IMG/VR virus record: IMGVR_UViG_3300042445_000566
Location: 1 to 30,645 of that record
Length of the DNA stretch: 30,645 nucleotides
From: a virus
Lineage: Duplodnaviria; Caudoviricetes
Strand: one strand, 5' to 3'
The translations under genes and the position numbers were made by a program. Under the pieces are notes generated by a model. It saw only the letters and a program-made list of their open reading frames with translations. It did not search any database and was not told where the DNA came from. Every line of letters begins with the position of its first letter. Positions within the stretch are counted from its first letter, which is position 1. Positions 25,402-30,645 of this stretch are shown in pieces.

Positions 25402-26028
25402 TTATAGTCCGAATCTTCCTTTTTGAGCGTTATAGTTTTGTCTAATTTCGGTTTGACTTAAATCTCTATTATAAAATTTAAATATTGACCAACTACCTTG
25501 ATTAAATTCTCCTAAAGTATATCTACAAAATAATGTAATTGTACCAGTTCTTAATGCAGTATTTCTACCATAAAAATGAAACCATTGGCCAGTAGGAAAT
25601 GAATTTGGACCTACTGCTACCGATGCTCCATTTACATAAAATTGGTCCCAATCAGAACCTATTCCACTAAACCACATATAACCAACTGATGACCCAGTTC
25701 TTGCATCTAAAAAATATGTGCTTTTAGCATCAATATATGCCCACGTACTAATAGATTTATAATTGGAAACAGATGCAGTTATTACATAGTTATTTACACC
25801 ATTAAAAGTTAAATATCCAATCGAATTAAATCCAACACCATTAACTAAAGTTGCATTATATCCATTACCACTCAAGTCTGTCCAAGTAGTCCCACTACCT
25901 CCATATGAATTTTTATTACCCGCATCTAAATGACAAATTAATCCATCGGTAACAATACTTTTAATAGCTTCACCTTTTGGTCCAATTGATGCATTAAGAA
26001 GTGTATTTCCATTTAAATTTAATCCCAT
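25402..26028 (-). CDS. LamG/concanavalin A-like lectin domain protein
   Basis: IVTDGLICHLDAG..SY.GSGTTWTDLSGNG and YNRDLSQTEIRQNYNA. Confidence 0.8.
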   Translation of the reverse strand: MGLNLNGNTLLNASIGPKGEAIKSIVTDGLICHLDAGNKNSYGGSGTTWTDLSGNGYNATLVNGVGFNSIGYLTFNGVNNYVITASVSNYKSISTWAYIDAKSTYFLDARTGSSVGYMWFSGIGSDWDQFYVNGASVAVGPNSFPTGQWFHFYGRNTALRTGTITLFCRYTLGEFNQGSWSIFKFYNRDLSQTEIRQNYNAQKGRFGL

Positions 26029-26032
26029 ATTA

Positions 26033-26638
26033 TTACATTATATAAATTTCTGATATTGTGCAATCTGAACCGGCACCGGTACTATTACAAGACCTTCCGT
26101 GTCCAACTCCCGCAATTGCACTACTATTTCTTCTCATAAACATATAAAAAGTTTTAGGGTTTCCTTGTCCACCACCTCCCATCATATTTGTAGCTTCATT
26201 ATCACACGCGCCCGTTTGTACAGTTATTGATGGACTTTGAAATGAATTTATGGCGTCTGCGGTAAATATAATATCACCTAAAGATGTATTATATCCTGCT
26301 AAATTAGGAGACACCCCACCATATCCATTTTGGTTAAATCCCCAACAAGCGGCAAATCCATTATTAGTAAATTTACAAAGTACTCTTGACCAAGGAATTG
26401 TATTTTTTATTGTAAAATATAAACCAGATTCAGGATTACCACATCCACCTAAATTAAATTGGTATGAAATTGCATATCCACCTGTACTATCATTTCCTTG
26501 TGATAAAATTGTGCAACTTTGATTATAAACGGTGTCTATCATATCACTTGTAACTCGTTTAAAGTTTTTTGGCAATATAATACCATCCGGTGTTAGCATT
26601 GATGACGATAAAGTAGAACCTCCTATATTAAATGGCAT
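26033..26638 (-). CDS. Cys-rich hypothetical protein, putative fibre-associated binding module
   Basis: 201 aa with 7 Cys. Its N-terminus resembles those of the flanking LamG proteins. Confidence 0.55.
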   Translation of the reverse strand: MPFNIGGSTLSSSMLTPDGIILPKNFKRVTSDMIDTVYNQSCTILSQGNDSTGGYAISYQFNLGGCGNPESGLYFTIKNTIPWSRVLCKFTNNGFAACWGFNQNGYGGVSPNLAGYNTSLGDIIFTADAINSFQSPSITVQTGACDNEATNMMGGGGQGNPKTFYMFMRRNSSAIAGVGHGRSCNSTGAGSDCTISEIYIM

Positions 26639-26649
26639 AATTTTTATTT

Positions 26650-27363
26650 TTATAATCCATACTTAGCCTTTGTTGAATAATAATTACTTAGTATTTCACC
26701 TTTATTTAATGCTTTATTATAAATTAATGTTTGACCTATTCTTCCTGAAAAATATTCACTACCCAACTCACCCTGTCTACCTATAATCATATTTCCTGTT
26801 CCTGTATATGTTAATGCAGAACCCCTCACCGCCATCAAATTTCCATTTATATAAATATGTGCATTTGACCCACCAAAATTAACTCCCACAATGTTCATCC
26901 AAGTATTTATAGTTCCCGCACCTGAAACTGTTACATTATTCCAAGTATCACTAAATCTAACATTACTGTTATTAAAACCAAAAAAGAATGAATTACCTGA
27001 ATTTGCGTAAGACCATTGTGCCAATACTTCTTCATATCCAGCATTATTTCTATTTCTATAAAGCCAAACAGATACAGAATAAGAACTAGCACCACCGGGT
27101 ATTAAGGCGGACGTGTTCATATTAATATACTGAGATGAACCATTTAATACTAAAGCATTCGTATTATATGTTACACCATTTGTTAATGTACCCGTATAAT
27201 TATTTCCGGAAATATCATAAATACTTGTACTACTCCCATCATATGAATTTTTATTTACAGGGTCAAGATGTAATACTAAACCATCAGTAACGATAGAATT
27301 ACTAAATGTACTTCCTGTAATTGAAGTTGATGATAATATATTTCCGTTTAAATCTATTGGCAT
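26650..27363 (-). CDS. LamG/concanavalin A-like lectin domain protein
   Basis: IVTDGLVLHLDP, YSVSVW, WMNIVGV, IYINGNL, YFSGRIG, YNKALNKGEI. Confidence 0.85.
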   Translation of the reverse strand: MPIDLNGNILSSTSITGSTFSNSIVTDGLVLHLDPVNKNSYDGSSTSIYDISGNNYTGTLTNGVTYNTNALVLNGSSQYINMNTSALIPGGASSYSVSVWLYRNRNNAGYEEVLAQWSYANSGNSFFFGFNNSNVRFSDTWNNVTVSGAGTINTWMNIVGVNFGGSNAHIYINGNLMAVRGSALTYTGTGNMIIGRQGELGSEYFSGRIGQTLIYNKALNKGEILSNYYSTKAKYGL

Positions 27364-27364
27364 C

Positions 27365-27583
27365 TTAAAATTCGGTTGTTTCTTTTATTTTTAATTCTCT
27401 ACCAGTATATCTACTATCATTTAATAATTCTAATCTTTTATTTTCTGCTTCTTCTAATGTATCATATACAAACATTTCATCATTTTCAATGCAGGAACAT
27501 TTTTGTATAAAATTCATACTTTCATCATAATTAGATGTTCCTTTTAATGAAGGTAATAATTCTTTTAATATTATATATCTCAT
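27365..27583 (-). CDS. Small hypothetical protein, possibly a fibre assembly factor
   Basis: 72 aa, packed with 3 nt and 1 nt gaps between the fibre and LamG genes. Confidence 0.55.
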   Translation of the reverse strand: MRYIILKELLPSLKGTSNYDESMNFIQKCSCIENDEMFVYDTLEEAENKRLELLNDSRYTGRELKIKETTEF

Positions 27584-27586
27584 AAT

Positions 27587-30500
27587 TTATGATTTTTTAG
27601 GAGTTGCCACATTAGGGTCAACCTCTGTTAAAGCAAATTTATAAACTTTTCCTTTTTTGTTATTGTATAAGAATAAATCATCTTCACCTTCTACAATTGT
27701 CCAATCACCAATTCCGTTGTTTAAGGATAAATCGGATGTATAAATAGTTCCCCAACGTAGTGATGTAGAACCTAAATCTTGTGTACCATTTGCAGCAGGT
27801 AATAATTGACCAGAACCATTTACTCTTATTCTTTCAGCAGTAGTACCTGAACCATCACTTACATTAATTGCAACGTAGTTATTTGGACTACTACCGTCTG
27901 AATGTCCATGTGTAATTGTATGTTTTCTAACAGTATCATATCCAGCTTCTGTAAATGTTATTGTACCATTTAAATGAACCTGAGATTGTGGGTTTGTTAA
28001 TCCAAATCCTGTATTTCCAACCGAAGTGATGCGTACTTTTTCGGTAGTATCAGTATAGAATGTATGATAACCACCCCATCCCGCAGAAGGTCCGATGCTA
28101 TATCTCTGTTCACCTGTTCCACCATTTGAAATAATTGAAGCATAATTAGTGCCTGACGAATTAAAATTAATAGTATCGACAGCACTTCCTGCACTTCCGT
28201 TTAGAATTAATACAGGAGCAGATGAAGAAAGAGTAGCACTACTAACCGTAACTGCAGCAAAAGTAGGTGAAGATGATGTTAATACTGCTTGATTTAATAC
28301 TGAACCATATCCCGTTGTCGATGATAATGTTATTTGCGATGAACCACTTACTGTACCTGTTGGTAGATTTGCAATAGTTTGTGTCGAACCCGATACTACA
28401 CCCGTTGGTAAGTTTGCTATTGTTTGTGCCGAACCACTTACTATACCACCTGGAATAGAAGAAATACTACTATATGTAATTTGAGATGAACCACTTACTA
28501 ATGTTGTTCCGGTTGCTAATAATGTACCGTTTACAACTGTGTTTGAACCTAAAGTAATTAAAGTACCTGTATCTGAAATGTTTGAATCATTAAGATGTTC
28601 TATTCCAGTTCCTTTTGGTATTCTGTTATTTGTTAAATATGCTTCATTACCTAAATTATCGTATGTTTCTGGTCCTAAAATGAAATGAGAAGATGTTACA
28701 TTTGTGCCATTACCCCTATGTACAAAAATAAATTCATCTTGCACCGAATCATATAAGAATGAACCCGAACCACCAACTGAACCACTATCTATTATAGTTA
28801 AACCTGCAAATCTTACTGATGGGTTTGCCGTATTTAATTGAATAATATTAGTTCCAATTGATACAGATGATGCAGAAATATATTGGATTGATGAACTACC
28901 TTGTACAATTAAATCATTTGCAATATAAACTGAACCACTAAATGTTTGAGTTCCAAAGAATGTATTAGAACCAGTAGTTGCTAATCTTGCAATGTTTGTT
29001 GTAGACATTACATCTACTTGAGATGAACCACTAACAATTCCTCTACCTTTTGTTTCGTATGATGAAGTTGCTGCATTTTGATTTAATATAGTAGATGAAA
29101 CAGATGAACTAAATGCAGTTAAATTTATACCATGTACTGTTCCCCCAATAGGTAATACTATTTTATTTTGAACAAATAAATTTGATGCCGATACTGCACT
29201 TAAAAAATTAGGATTAATATTTCCTTGACTAATTGTTGCTTTTTGTTCATTTGTTAAACCTGCAGTTTTTAATAATGATATATCACCACTACTTGCATCA
29301 ACTGTAATTCTACCTTGTTCAGTACCATCTGGATTATGAAATCTAATAGAACCAGTTGAAAGAAATAAATCTCTAAAAGAATTTGTTTCCGAACCTAAAT
29401 CATATACAAAACTACTACTTGGGATTATGGAACCTGTTAGGAATATCGTACCACTAATATTTTGATTACCTATAAATGAATTTGAACCCGTTGTTGCTAA
29501 TACTGATGATGTCAATTGTGAACTACCACTAACTATACCACTACCTTTTGTTTCGTAACTTCCTGTTACAGACTCTATTGTTGTTAATCTTGTATTTTGT
29601 GCAGTATTGGTTGTATCATTTGAACCCGTATATGTGTTTAATGATGATAATATTCCAACTACTTGTGATGAACCACTTACTATTCCACCTGGTTTTGATG
29701 CAATGTTGTCCCAAGTTGTTTGAGTAATACTTCCACTTAAAACATATCTACTATCGTATGAACTTGTCAATTGCGAAGAGCCACTTACAGTTCCTGCAGT
29801 TGGCTGTGCTATAATACCACCCACACCAATTGATGCAACTAAATTATCTCTAACTATAAAATTAATACTATCTAATGTAGGTAATATTTGTGTACTACCT
29901 GATACATTTGTTAAAAATCCTTTAAATCCAACAGGTGTACCTACTGCAGTTGATTGTGATTGTTCAAAATCTATAAAATATTTATCAGATACATCATTAA
30001 AATCATTTATAGATGCTGAACTATTTGAATCATAATCCCAACCATCTCTTGGTATATCATCACTTACAACTCCTCTCAATCCACTACCATCGCCACTAAA
30101 TGAACCTGTAAATGAACCTGTAAATGAACCACTATTAGATGAACCACCAACTGCTACTCCATTTACATATAACGAACCCGTTAGATTAACTGAACCTGTA
30201 AAGTCGTGTGTATCATCGGAAGTATTACCAAATCTAGAACTACCACTTTCGAAAAGAACAGATGAGGAAATTACTGAAATATTGAATTGTCTTGCATTAA
30301 CTGCTCCTAATATAGTTAAGTCGGATGTTACTAATGCCGAACCACTAATTATTGCTTCACCGTGATTTATTGTGAGAGTATCGTTTACTTTTAGAGAACC
30401 AAACGAACCAGTTCCTTCTAATCTAATGGAACCTGTTACTACAGAATTTGTTGTTAATACACTTTCAACTGATTCAACTGAACCTGATTTTTTAAAGTAA

Positions 30501-30607
30501 ATCTTACCATCGTAGGTATTAATTGCTAATTCTCCTAAATTAAGGGAACCAGTATCAGGCACTTTACCCGATTGGGCAGAGCGTTTTAATTGAATAGTCG
30601 ATGCCAT
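27587..30607 (-). CDS. Long tail fibre-like protein
   Basis: N-terminal IQLKRS...GELAINTYDGKIYFK attachment module, VSGSSQ repeats, ERIR/GNTGFG beta repeats, and C-terminal WTIVEGEDDLFLYNNKKGKVYKF. No S74 domain. Confidence 0.8.
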   Translation of the reverse strand: MASTIQLKRSAQSGKVPDTGSLNLGELAINTYDGKIYFKKSGSVESVESVLTTNSVVTGSIRLEGTGSFGSLKVNDTLTINHGEAIISGSALVTSDLTILGAVNARQFNISVISSSVLFESGSSRFGNTSDDTHDFTGSVNLTGSLYVNGVAVGGSSNSGSFTGSFTGSFSGDGSGLRGVVSDDIPRDGWDYDSNSSASINDFNDVSDKYFIDFEQSQSTAVGTPVGFKGFLTNVSGSTQILPTLDSINFIVRDNLVASIGVGGIIAQPTAGTVSGSSQLTSSYDSRYVLSGSITQTTWDNIASKPGGIVSGSSQVVGILSSLNTYTGSNDTTNTAQNTRLTTIESVTGSYETKGSGIVSGSSQLTSSVLATTGSNSFIGNQNISGTIFLTGSIIPSSSFVYDLGSETNSFRDLFLSTGSIRFHNPDGTEQGRITVDASSGDISLLKTAGLTNEQKATISQGNINPNFLSAVSASNLFVQNKIVLPIGGTVHGINLTAFSSSVSSTILNQNAATSSYETKGRGIVSGSSQVDVMSTTNIARLATTGSNTFFGTQTFSGSVYIANDLIVQGSSSIQYISASSVSIGTNIIQLNTANPSVRFAGLTIIDSGSVGGSGSFLYDSVQDEFIFVHRGNGTNVTSSHFILGPETYDNLGNEAYLTNNRIPKGTGIEHLNDSNISDTGTLITLGSNTVVNGTLLATGTTLVSGSSQITYSSISSIPGGIVSGSAQTIANLPTGVVSGSTQTIANLPTGTVSGSSQITLSSTTGYGSVLNQAVLTSSSPTFAAVTVSSATLSSSAPVLILNGSAGSAVDTINFNSSGTNYASIISNGGTGEQRYSIGPSAGWGGYHTFYTDTTEKVRITSVGNTGFGLTNPQSQVHLNGTITFTEAGYDTVRKHTITHGHSDGSSPNNYVAINVSDGSGTTAERIRVNGSGQLLPAANGTQDLGSTSLRWGTIYTSDLSLNNGIGDWTIVEGEDDLFLYNNKKGKVYKFALTEVDPNVATPKKS

Positions 30608-30645
30608 GTGGCTAAGTTTTTAAAGTTATCTAACAACAAATGTAG

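Noticed and set aside
1334-26522. All plus-strand ORFs in the track (60-125 aa)
   Set aside because: Each lies antisense to long minus-strand genes and shows no recognisable motif. They are shadow ORFs.
3720-28194. Nested alternate-frame minus-strand ORFs (3720-3911, 19870-20214, 27997-28194)
   Set aside because: They are fully inside well-supported genes, have no motifs, and have compositions typical of off-frame reads.
21460-29800. CRISPR array suggested by recurring gatgaaccact sequences
   Set aside because: The copies are in-frame coding repeats (SGSSQ) with irregular spacing and synonymous variation. No cas genes are present.
25402-30607. Diversity-generating retroelement acting on fibre or lectin genes
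   Set aside because: No reverse transcriptase and no adenine-mismatched TR/VR pair were seen in this window.
1-30645. Stop-codon reassignment as in some Bacteroidota phages
   Set aside because: Long genes are intact under the standard code, and TAG and TGA end genes at sensible boundaries (e.g. 2119, 6955, 22428, 6578).
1-30645. tRNA, rRNA or structured ncRNA
   Set aside because: Intergenic gaps are short and AT-rich. No cloverleaf or extended structure was seen apart from one terminator.

Overview
A 30.6 kb, AT-rich, all-minus-strand segment of a large contractile-tailed (myovirus-like) phage genome. The host is probably Bacteroidota, because three TAnnTTTG -7 promoter elements occur and two of them have a TTTG -33 element. 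In transcription order (right to left) the window carries: three long Ser/Thr/Gly-rich tail-fibre-like genes (two with S74 autocleaving chaperones), three small lectin-like genes sharing an N-terminal peptide, a GT4 glycosyltransferase, a Hint-domain/LamG fusion, tail sheath, tail tube, a tail-assembly chaperone pair with a candidate +1/-2 frameshift, tape measure, baseplate genes, a 2OG-Fe(II) oxygenase, a short divergent family-A DNA polymerase, putative head proteins, a DUF1599/Nmad1 protein, an SDR and the start of a possible SSB gene. The most notable candidates are the glycosyltransferase + non-canonical Hint-LamG module between fibres and sheath, the mini-PolA with His at the steric-gate position, the T7-run frameshift, and an ATATTTAT late-promoter-like motif. 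All product calls come from motif recognition by eye; no database searches were run.
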